Origin: the human T2T-CHM13v2.0 reference genome, Homo sapiens
Length of the DNA stretch: 64,000 bases
Direction: 5' to 3' (one strand)
Assembly (NCBI RefSeq): GCF_009914755.1
Contig: NC_060939.1
The notes under the pieces were generated by a model, which saw nothing but the letters and a program-made list of their open reading frames with translations, was not told the DNA's origin and did no database searches. Of this stretch, positions 43,551 to 55,002 are shown piece by piece. Made by a program: the position numbers and the translations under genes. The first letter of the stretch is position 1. The number at the start of each line of letters is the position of its first letter.

Positions 43551-46500
43551 GTGGCAGAAGTGGTAGTGGTGGTGGCAGTGGCAGCAGCAGAGGTTGTAGT
43601 AGTCATGGTGGAGACTGATAGTCGTATAAGCAATGGTGGTTGTGGTGGTGGCTGTGGCAGCAGGAATGGCGGCAATAATGCCAGTGGTTGTGGTGGTGGT
43701 GGCAGCAGAGATGGTAGGGTGGTAGCAAGTACAGGGTGGCAGTGGAGATTTTAGTCCTGGGGGAGGGGTGGTGTGGCAATGGTGGTTGTGGTGGCAATAA
43801 TGTCAGCAGTGATGGTGGTGACAGTTGCTGTGGTGGTGGTGGACTTGGTGGTACTGGAAGTGGAAATGGTGATGGTGGTGGTGGTGATGGAATTGATGGA
43901 GATGGATGTGATGAAGATGAAGGTGGAGGTGGAAGTGGAGGTGGAGGTGGTGGAGATGGAGATGGAGATGGAGGTGTTGGAAATGGAGATGGAGGTGGAG
44001 GTGGTGGAGATGGAGATGGAGATGCAGGTGTTGGAAATGGAGATGGAGGTGGAGGTGGAGGTGGTAGAGGTGGAGGTGGAGGTGGAGGTGGTAGAGGTGG
44101 AGGTGGTGGTGGAGGTGGTAGAGGTGGTGGTGGAGGTGGAGGTGGTGGTGGGAGCAGTGGAGGTGGAGATGGAGGTGGAGGTGGTGGAGATGGAGATGGA
44201 GATGGAGGTGTTGGAGATGGAGGTGGAGGTGGAGGTGGTGGAGGTGGAGGTGGTGGTGGTGGAGGTGGTAGAGGTAGTGGTGGAGATGGAGGTGGTGGTG
44301 GGGGCGGTGGAGGTGGAGGTGGAGGTGGTGGTGGTGGAGGTGGTAGAGGTAGTGGTAGAGATGGAGGTGGTGGTGGGGGCAGTGGAGGTGGAGATGGAGG
44401 TGGAGGTGGTGGAGATGGAGATGGAGATGGAGGTGTTGGAGATGGAGATGGAGGTGGAGGTGGAGGTGGTAGAGGTGGAGGTGGAGGTGGTAGAGGTGCA
44501 GGTGGTGGTGGAGGTGGTAGAGGTGGTGGTGGAGATGGAGGTGGTGGTGGGAACAGTGGAGGTGGAGGTGGAGATGGAGGTGGAGGTGGTAGAGGTGGAG
44601 GTGGTGGAGGTGGAGATGGAGATGGAGGTGGAGGTGGTAGAGGTGGAGGTGGTAGAGGTGGAGGTGGTGGAGATGGAGATGGAGATGGAGGTGTTGGAGA
44701 TGGAGGTGGAGGTGGAGGTGGTGGAGGTGGAGGTGGAGGTGGTGGTGGTGGAGGTGGTAGAGGTGGTGGTGGAGGTGGTAGAGGTAGTGGTGGAGATGGA
44801 GGTGGTGGTGGGGGCAGTGGAGGTGGAGGTGGAGGTGGTGGTGGGGGCAGTGGAGGTGGAGGTGGAGGTGGTGGTGGTGGAGGTGGTAGAGGTAGTGGTG
44901 GAGATGGAGGTGGTGGTGGGGGCAGTGGAGGTGGAGATGGAGGTGGAGGTGGTGGAGATGGAGATGGAGGTGTTGGAGATGGAGATGGAGGTGGAGGTGG
45001 AGGTGGTAGAGGTGGAGGTGGAGGTGGTAGAGGGGCAGGTGGTGGTGGAGGTGGTAGAGGTGGTGGTGGAGATGGAGGTGGTGGTGGGAGCAGTGGAGGT
45101 GGAGGTGGAGATGGAGGTGGAGGTGGTAGAGGTGGAGGTGGTGGAGGTGGAGGTGGAGATGGAGATGGAGGTGGAGGTGGTAGAGGTGGAGGTGGTAGAG
45201 GTGGAGGTGGAGGTGGTAGAGGTGGAGGTGGTGGTGGAGGTGGTAGAGGTGGTGGTGGAGATGGAGGTGGAGGTGGTGGAGGTGGAGATGGAGGTGGAGG
45301 TGAAGGTGGAGGTGGTGGAGATGGAGATGGAGGTGGAGGTGGTGGAGATGGAGATGGAGGTGGAGGTGGTGGAGATGGAGATGGAGGTGGAGGTGGTGGT
45401 GATGAAGGTGGAGGTGGAGATGGAGGTGGTGGTGGAGATGGTGGTGGTGGAGATGGAGATGAAGGTAGTAGCGGTGGTGGTGGTGATAATGGTGGTGGTG
45501 GAATTGGAGGAAGAGGTGGTAGTGGTGTTGGAATTGAAGGTGTTACGGTTGGTGGGGGTGGGGGTGAGGGTGGTGGAGGTGGAGGTGGTTGGAATTGAAG
45601 GTGGAGATGGTGGAGGTAACAATGGAGGTGGTGATGGCAGTGGCAGTAGAGATGATGGTGGTGGAGGTGCTGGCGATGGTGCTGGCAGTGATGGTGGTGG
45701 AGGGGTGGTGATGGTGGTGATGGTGGAAGTGATAGTGGAGGTGAAGTTGGTGGTGGTGGATGTGGAGGTGGTGGAGATGGTGCTGGTCATGGTGACAGTG
45801 GCATTGGTGGTAGTGCTGGAGACAATGGCAGTAGAGGGGTGGTGATGGTAGAGGCAGTGATGGTGTTGGTGGTGGTGATGGTGGTGAAGACAGTAGTGGT
45901 AGTAGTGGTAGCAGTGATGGTGGTGGAGACAGTAGTGGTGGAGGTGGTGGTGGTCATGGGGGCAGCGACGGTACTGGTGGTGGTGGTTGTGGAGATAGTA
46001 GTGGTGGAGGTGGCGGTGGTGGTGATGGTGGTGAAGACAGTAGTGGTGGTGATGGAGACAGTAGTCGTGGAGGTGGTGATGGTGGTGGAAACAGTAGTGG
46101 TGGAGGTGGCGGTGGTGGTGATGGTGGTGAAGACAGTAGTGGTGGAGGTGGTGGTGGTGGTGGACATAGTAGTGGTGGAGGTGGTGGTGGTAGGGATGGT
46201 GGTGGACATAGTAGTGGTGGAGGTGGTGGTGGTAGGGATGGTGGTGGACATAGTAGTGGTGGAGGTGGAGGTGGTAGGGATGGTGGTGGACATAGTAGTG
46301 GTGGAGGTGGAGGTGGTAGGGATGGTGGTGGACATAGTAGTGGTGGAGGTGGTGGTGGTAGGGATGGTGGTGGACATAGTAGTGGTGGAGGTGGTGGTGG
46401 TAGGGATGGTGGTGGACATAGTAGTGGTGGAGGTGGAGGTGGTAGGGATGGTGGTGGACATAGTAGTGGTGGAGGTGGTGGTGGTAGGGATGGTGGTGGA

Positions 46501-46985
46501 CATAGTAGTGGTGGAGGTGGTGGTGGTAGGGATGGTGGTGGACATAGTAGTGGTGGAGGTGGTGGTGGTAGGGATGGTGGTGGACATAGTAGTGGTGGAG
46601 GTGGTGGTGGTAGGGATGGTGGTGGACATAGTAGTGGTGGAGGTGGTGGTGGTAGGGATGGTGGTGGACATAGTAGTCGTGGAGGTGGTGGTGGTAGGGA
46701 TGGTGGTGGACATAGTAGTGGTGGAGGTGGTGGTGGTAGGGATGGTGGTGATGGAGACAGTAGTCGTGGAGGTGGTGGTGGTAGGGATGGTGGTGGACAT
46801 AGTAGTGGTGGAGGTGGTGGTGGTAGGGATGGTGGTGGTGGGAGCAGTGATGGTGGTGGTAGTAGTTCTGGTAGTGCTGGCGATGGAAATGCAGGCTGTG
46901 GTGATGCTGTTGGCAACTGTGATGGTGATGGCGGTGCTGGTGGCTGCTGTGGCAGTGGTGGCAGTAATATGGTGTAGTGGTTGTG
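43550..46985. repeat. ~3.4 kb compound G-rich triplet-based tandem repeat (GGT/GGA/GAT/AGA codon-like units)
   Basis: Directly visible: degenerate (GGT)n flanks, a GGAGGT/GGAGAT/GGTAGA core at ~43921-45460, and a 42-bp minisatellite on the right. The + strand is almost devoid of C. Confidence 0.98.
46162..46836. repeat. 42-bp minisatellite, ~16 copies (GGACATAGTAGTGGTGGAGGTGGTGGTGGTAGGGATGGTGGT)
   Basis: GGACATA recurs every 42 nt from 46162 to 46708 (14 copies), followed by one longer GGAGACAG variant and a final copy at 46795. Confidence 0.97.
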
Positions 46986-47724
46986 GCTACACTGTGTTTA
47001 ATTATTAAAGCCAGTTGGTTATCGCAGAGGGAGTACAATCCTGACTCACTTGGTCATCGGAGTAAGATCAAGTCTTTTCGATGGCATTGGTAAGAGGAGC
47101 TGGAAACCATCTCCTCCTGTAGGACTCACAGGGTTCTAGCTCCACCACTTAGACTATATGCCCTCAGCTCTGGATGCTTCCTGTAGCTGTAGAAAGTCCA
47201 GGAAGGCAACTAAAATAAATGATGATGAGACCTGTTCACGGAACGAGCTTAATTCAAAAGAGGGGTAGAAGAATTGATTTAATTATTTTCCCCTTTGTCC
47301 CTTCGAACCCAACTTTTTTTTCTCATTGTGGGATAAAATATTTTATCAGACATGCCCTTACTAATTCTTAATCATTTTTGGTTAATAAACAAATAATATC
47401 TTTGTTTTGGCATCAAAACGTAGAGTCCAATCTAATAATTACATAATTCCAGTGAGACAAAGTGCAATTATCAAAACACTGCGAATTCCTCACCCACCTC
47501 AAGCTGGCTTCAGGCTGGGTGCCTGGTTTCTGCTGTTCCTGGAATGCTGTTTCTAAATGTTCCTGGCAGGGCCAAGATGGGATGGAACAGGGGAAGAGGA
47601 AATAAGTCTTACATGCTGGTACTGTTGGCATCTGGCTTTGGTCTGTCTTGGATGGAAGGTGGAAGGCACACATTTACTGAGTTTTGCTGTCACAGGCACT
47701 TTTGAAGAGTCCTTGCCAACTTAC

Positions 47725-47842
47725 TACACACACACACACACACAACTCATGCACACACACCATACTCATCCATACACACACTCACTCACACACTCATGCA
47801 TATGCACACTCACATGTACACTCATGCACACACACACACAAC
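47725..47842. repeat. Degenerate (CA)n/(CACT)n tract
   Basis: Directly visible. Confidence 0.9.
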
Positions 47843-48625
47843 AAAGCCTCTCTCCTGAGAACAAAGCCCCTCTCCTCAGCCTCTCGGTTTCTAGTGGCCC
47901 ACCCCTCTCCTGGGATCACATTGTCTCTCCAGGACATCTTCTTTGGTCCCTTTCACCAAGTCCACATCTGGCCCCCGGAGAACAATCACCCTTGTTCTTG
48001 ATAATCTGATAAGGGTGGCATCAGTCACAGCTGCTTCCTTTTGAATTCTGTTGGCTATAGTAAGACACATTTCTATGTTCCCCAAATGCCAGTGGGCACA
48101 TGCCAGACTCCCCAGGTGGCCCCTCAAAGCCCTCTCAGTTGACTTGCAGTGAGCCATAAGTTCCCACCCACACTCACACAGGGGACAGGGGTTGGAGTAC
48201 AGCACCCTGAAAATGCATCCAAAGAAACCCTCTTTCTATCAGCCTCTCCTGCCTTCCTTAAGCCTGGAAGCAGATGAAGGGCTAATGCTTGCAGAACTGG
48301 TTTTCCAATCTCTCAGCATGCCCTGCTAAGGACGCGGTGGAACTTGCCACCTACTGTCCTCTTCTAAGGCTTTGAGGCCTTGCTGAAAGCCGCAGACAGA
48401 GTGACATTTTCACATTCTCTTACAATAGGGTTGCAGTGCTGGCAAATAAGAACAGAACAAAAAATGATGAGCACGCTTGATCTAGGAAAACAAACACAAA
48501 GAGAAAACAGTAATAATGAGAAAATACCCCGCGTTTGTTGAGCAAAGCTTTTACATGTATTGTTATATAATTTTCAAGGACTGGGAAATGGATATGGAGA
48601 TCACAGTAATAACCTAGCATTTAGA

Positions 48626-48787
48626 TAACGTGGCAGAGTTTACAAAGAGCTGTCTCCCATATCGACTCATTTGACTCTCATAAGAAGCTGGCTGGGTTCG
48701 TGCTATTCATCTCATTTTACAGAGGAAGAATTAGGGTCAGGAGTGGCAAAGGGGGCTAATCTCACAAGCCAACCCATATTAATTGAG
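48626..48787 (+). repeat. Left arm of 162-bp inverted repeat (MIR-derived)
   Basis: Reverse complement of 50532-50691; contains the antisense MIR core ctcattttacagaggaagaa. Confidence 0.95.
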
Positions 48788-48833
48788 CCCTCCTGCCAAT
48801 CACAGTGCTATTCAAAGTATAGTCCAAGAGTAG

Positions 48834-49087
<254 letters not shown>

Positions 49088-49095
49088 TGAAACTC

Positions 49096-49378
49096 TTTTT
49101 TTTTTTTTTTTTTGAGACGGAGTGCAGGGGCGCAATCTCGGCTCGCTGCAATCTCCGCTCCCAGGTTCAAGCAATTCCCCTGCCTCAGCCTCCCAAGTAG
49201 CTGGGACTACAGGCACGGACCACCATGCCTGGCTAATTTTTTTAAAAAATCTTTTGTAGACATGGGGGTCTTGCTTTCTTTCCCAGACTGTTCTCAAACT
49301 CCTAGCATCAAGCAATCCTCCTGCCTTGGCCTCCCGAAGCGCTGCTAGGATTACAGGTATAAGCTACTGCACCCCACC
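49096..49378 (-). mobile_element. Alu (old), tandem to the previous one
   Basis: Poly-T, gagacggagtgcag..., ends ggattacaggtataagctactgcaccc. Confidence 0.9.
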
Positions 49379-50531
49379 TAAAAACTCTAAAAGGAATTTA
49401 ATGTTGCCATGACATCCAAGCATGTGATCGGTAGACTCATTTCACTGAGCAGGGTATGGACCAGTTTACCTGTTGTCAAACTCATATGGTGAGTCTCACA
49501 CAGCTTGAGCTCTTTTTTAGTCATGTATAGTAGGACTGTATTCTAGTCGGCAACAGATTAGAAATTTAAAAAGAGAAAAAACAGGCCCTTCATGACAGAT
49601 AATTTAAGAAACATTTCCCTAGACAAAGCATCACATTTAAAAGGATTTGAAGCCCAGGAAACAGTGTTGTGGTTGATTAGTGATGTCTGTCCTGAGCAAT
49701 GGGGTGGGAGGCAGTGACATGTGCATCACCCTGTGCCTATCAGCTAGGTCATGGTGTCCTACCCTAGTAGAACAACCTCACATCTTGGAAAGAGACATAT
49801 GTGGGGGAAACGCTAATAAACCTGATTACAGAAACAGCTATATTCGAAATGCTTTACAAATTTCTTTGGATACACTTGCATGTACTATCTCATTTGAAAC
49901 TTGGAACAATCCTGAAAAGAAGATGAAGAAGGGATTATTAGTCCCATGTTGCAGAGAGGAAGACTGTGAGTCAGATCATTTAAGTTCCTGTCCGTAATCA
50001 CAGAGGTAAGCAGTGGCAAGTGCTGGGCCCAGAACCAACACTTGGTTGTCAGCTGCTTAGTCCAAGTATCCTCTCTCCCTATCTAGCTGCCTCCCTGTTG
50101 AGGATGAAATAAAGTGATATATGTGAAAACTCCAAGTAAAAATGAGAATGTCATACGATATCAGTTTTATTACAGAGCAGCTTAGATAATTTCATGGATG
50201 ACATCCCTACATGGTTTTTAGATTGACATTCCAGAGGACAATCTAGCCTTCCTGATACTAAAAGAGCAATTGCCCCTTTCAAACAAATCTCTGTGCTAGA
50301 AAGACACGTAAGTCCAGGATGGCAATTTTTCTCTTCATTTGCTATCCTAGTTCCAGATGAAACTACTGAGTGTTATTATAAATAGAGTGGTAAAAATGTC
50401 CTGTCCAGCAAGCACCTATTGAGCACTTGCAGTGTGCCAGAGAAAGGCTACACTGCACTAGGCACAAGAAACACAGACATGAATGGGACCAACAGATGCA
50501 TAGACTCTGAGTCCCTTAGGTGGCCCGTGTT

Positions 50532-50691
50532 CTCAATTAATATGGGTTGACTTGTGAGATTAGCCCCCTTTGCCACTCCTGACCCTGGTTCTTCCTCTGT
50601 AAAATGAGATGAATAGTACCAACCTAGCCGACTTCTTATGAGAGTCAAATGAGTCGATATGGGAGAAAGCTCTTTGTAAACTGCCACATTA
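50532..50691 (-). repeat. Right arm of 162-bp inverted repeat
   Basis: 10 substitutions and one 2-bp indel relative to 48626-48787. Confidence 0.95.
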
Positions 50692-51518
50692 ACTGCTCTT
50701 GCAATTAACTGTTCTATGTGTGGTAATAAAAAATAGATAAGAGGTCCAGAATTGCTTTCAAGGGGGACTGATTTACTCATGGGTGGAGACGGTAAGCTAA
50801 GCAGAGAGGAAAAAGAATTTACAAAGGAGAAGAGCCTGCTCACGGCACATTTGGAAGGGTGAACGAGGAGACGATCGGAGAAAGGGCATTCACATAAAAG
50901 GAATAGTACGTGCAAAGGCTCAGAGGCTTTAAACCATCTCATGGGTTTGGGGAATATAGATGGTCCTACATACTGTCTGCAGGTAAGAGGGAAAAAAATC
51001 AAGATTGACCTTCACTATGCATTTCTTTTAAAGAAAGGTATCTATTGTTCACATAAATTGCAAACATTTCCCCTACTGAAACTATCCTACTACTTAATCT
51101 ATGTCTTATTTCATCTTTGATAATATAAGGATGCTAACAGAACTTACAGCACTAGGCTGTTTTGTTAACCACGCAGAGTGCTTAGAACTGTGTTAGTCCA
51201 TAGTAAATGCTCAGTAAGTGTTTTATTGTTGATGATCGTGGTAGTGGTGGTGATGATGATGGTGAAGTTCATGATTTCTACTTTATTTGACTCCTCACCT
51301 CAACTGCCACATCTGAGCTTCACACCAAATATAGAATGAATGTGAAATAATTTGTTTATGCTATGACAGTTTGGCTTATTGCTTTTCTCACATAGATTCC
51401 TTTAAAGACTGTTATGCTTGGCATCTTTTGGGCTTTGGTGAAAAGAGGCACATCTGAGATGCCTAGAGCTCACAGCAAGGAGAACAGGCTCCCTTGCATA
51501 GGCACTGGTGCCCTAGAT

Positions 51519-51738
51519 CAGGTTTAAGCAAACCAAAATCCCTGGGACAAATCAACCCCCTGTTTGTTTTTGTAAATAATATTTAGTGGAACTCGGTCCT
51601 TTTTATTCACCGATCATTGTCTTTGCTTGCTTTTATGCTACAATGGCAGAGTTGAGCTGTGGCAAAGATCTTATGGCTGACAAAATCTAAAATATTTACT
51701 CTCTGGACTTTGGTTGAAAAAAATTAGCCAACTCTTGC
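51519..51738. mobile_element. MER58-like hAT-Charlie MITE
   Basis: gtttttgtaaataa...atgctacaatggcagagttgag...aaaatctaaaatatttactctctgg motifs. Confidence 0.7.
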
Positions 51739-51913
51739 CCTCAATGATGCCCAGACTCCTGCTACTCATCACTGGCTGCACCAGCCATTCCAAAGCTGGT
51801 CAAAGTTAGGACAGGGGTTGGTGCACTGTTGGTTAGAGCACATTGGTGTCCTGATCTAATTGTCTTCTCCCAGAAACCTCACGGCAGTGCCAACCACTTC
51901 CTGAAAATATGGC

Positions 51914-52532
51914 CAGTCCTCATGATTCACAGATTCTGTATTTGAAAATTCACCTACTTGCTGAAATCTACGTGTAACCTCAAAATCAACACGCGCAGCA
52001 CTGTCTTGGCCATTCATGGACATGTGCAAAGCTGTGAAAAATTTGAGTCACCCAACGCTCACGTGTTCCCAGCTAAAGTTGGACAAGCGGACCCTCTGCC
52101 TTCTTGTTTTACTCTCATAATGTAAAACGAGTATCCTTTTTGCAGTCTGTTCAGGGCCATGTTTTTCTCACTTTTGTGCTTTTCGTCCATGGTTTTGCTG
52201 TATAAAACGGTCCCCAAGCCCAGTGCTGAAGTGCTGTCTAGCGGCTACGTGCAGGGCGGCTATGATGCACCTTATGTGTCTTAGATAAGCTTCCTTCAGT
52301 CACACGTGACAGTGCTGTTGACCCTGAGTTCAATGTTAATGAGTCAACAATATATATTAAATGAGGTGTCTTTAAACTGAAACACACATACGGCAAGGCT
52401 ATGTATTGATTGACAGATGACAATGTGACTGGAGGCTTGCAGTAGCCCTAACCCTGTGTTTTGGTCTTGGTTAATTTAGTGTTTGAGGTGAATTTATACA
52501 ACATAACTACAGCAAATAATGAGAATTGACTG
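51914..52532. mobile_element. MER82-like TcMar-Tigger element
   Basis: Degenerate terminal inverted repeats cagtcctcatgattcac / gcaaataatgagaattgactg; interior gaaaaatttgagtcaccc...ctctgccttcttgttt. Confidence 0.75.
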
Positions 52533-52897
52533 TGAAGAAAAAAAATGGCTCAGGATGGCCCAAGGTGTATAACCACATTGGCAGAGCACTGTGCACAGGG
52601 ACCTGAGACCTTCCTTAGCAATAAAAGGAGCTCTTTTGTGTCACATTCTGATGAGCGAGAAGAGGTCTCTTGCTCTCTCACCTGCTGACTCCAGGAAGAC
52701 CGGAGATATTCCACAGTGGTTTGGGCACAGGAAGTCTCCATAACTCATAAAATAAAGGTTTCTGGGAACTGACTCTGGGGCTTAGGGATATGGTACATGA
52801 GCTCTCCTTTCCAGAAAGTTGCTTATGTAGGATTCCAAATGGCTTAAATTCTGATTTCCCTCCTCTCTCCCTCTTCCCTCCTCCCCCAACCCCTGCC

Positions 52898-53184
<287 letters not shown>

Positions 53185-54960
53185 CCACCCCCCAACCTGC
53201 CACTTCTTTTTTCTGGAACTCTGGTATAGCTTCTGAAAAACACTTCATTCCTGACTGGCCAGACCTCCCTGTGTCTTTTCTTCTTCCAAGTACACAGAGG
53301 TGCTAAAAGTCCCCCCAAATTACTGCTTTGTGCTCATCCTGGCCGATGATGGCACCCGTCTCTGCAGCCATTCCTGGGCACTGCCTACCCCAGAGGGATG
53401 CAATCCTGTGTTTGCACAGTTACAAGAGCAAGTTGCCCCTCTTGTCCCTGTGGGGTGGTGTCTTGAACTGAGTAGGAGGGACATGCTGAAGGGCATACAA
53501 TGAGCTGAAGTGCCTGGTGGTGATGGTGCTAACATCCCTGGGGAGCATCTAACTCAGGGCGTTATCCACAAAGCAGCTCTGCAGGCTTGACATGGGGTCA
53601 TGATACCATTAAAGGAGATGGCACTTGTCAGCTTCCTTTAGTGGTACCTCCTTGGATTCCCACTTTCTCTTCTTTCCTTCCCTCTCCTCTTTGCTTCTTC
53701 CTTTCCTTCTCTCTGTCCTCTCTCTATCTTGATCAGTTCGAATGGTATTGAATACTAATCAATACCACACCTAGGCCAGCTGGTAAGTAAAATTTAGAGA
53801 CAGGAGTTGGGGATTTGATCCCTTCTTTGTCACTCACTAACTGCATTAATTTGATTAGCTCATTCATCAAATATGGATTGTTTACTAGGTGCCAGGTGCC
53901 ATGTTGGACACTTGGGCTAGGTCAGGCAAGGAGCAGAGTATAAGTTAGAGAATGCAAGGAGCCATGGGAGAAAGAAAACACAGAGCAGTATCAGGGGTTG
54001 AGCACAGTGACCCAAGGGAGGCCGAAACCGACTTCTCTGAGACCCCATGTGCTCAAACATAACATGTGGGTGATGGCTCTGGCTCTCCTTATGAAGGTGA
54101 AATGAGACAACACCCATGAGAGGGCCACATAAATCATCAACTGCGAGATGAATGTGTGCTGTGTGAGGAAGAATCGTCTCATCCATAGGACCCAGAGATT
54201 AAAATACGCTCCTCATTTGGAGAGGAAAGTGATAAGGGACAGAAATCCACATTTGTGGGGTACCTATTCCGTGCCACCTCCCGCCCCTCTGGGACCTCCT
54301 CTGCCCTCTAAGGTGGGCCTCACTTTCCCAGTTTTGAGGATGAGAAAGGCAAGGCTTAGAAGTGAAGTAACCTACCCAACGTCAGGTCACAGCCCTGGGA
54401 GGATGACAGAGCCGGGCTGAGAATCCATCTTCATCTTTCCAGGGCTTTGTCCTCCGGGGATCTGAGGTGTAAACCCAGCTGGGTGACCTCTAAAATCCCT
54501 CCAATTCCAGGAGCACACAGCTTCTCAGCAATTACTCTTCTGGGTGAGGATAATTGGATGATCCAAAGAAAAACACATCTCGAAAGGAAATGAGTCCCTC
54601 GGTTTCTAATAGGAAGGTCGTTTCTCCGTCCTGCTGGCAACATGAACCTCAGGGGGAAGCAGACATCCACATCTGACCTTGGGGATCAGATGGATGGGCG
54701 AGTGGCAGAAGCTTTGACTCGAGGGGCTTCCTCCACCGTGGGGTGTCCCAGAGCCCAAGGAGAAAATAGAAGCATGAGGGATTTCACTGGTGCTTCCAAG
54801 CCTCCTACTAAAAAAATGAGAAGGATGGGGCCGCAGTTGAAGAAGCCTTGCTTCTGACAGTAGGGCAGTTATCAGAAGGGAGCAACTCAGGCTTCTTTCT
54901 TTAAAGAATGGAGATCTACATGCTCAACTTCAAGTACAAGGTGGTTTAGAAAAGGAAGAA

Positions 54961-54961
<1 letters not shown>

Positions 54962-55002
<41 letters not shown>
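54962..55002. repeat. (CA)n microsatellite
   Basis: Directly visible, ~17 pure units. Confidence 0.97.

Noticed and set aside
46162-46836. CRISPR-like array
   Set aside because: Head-to-tail units with no unique spacers, in eukaryotic DNA; it is a minisatellite.
43736-47038. Long ORFs (620, 690, 1095, 337, 389, 320 aa) as genuine genes (glycine-rich, mucin-like or histidine-rich proteins)
   Set aside because: They overlap in several frames on both strands, end where the repeat ends or slips phase, several begin at GTG/TTG, and none has a unique domain or visible promoter/splice context. Base composition explains the lack of stops.
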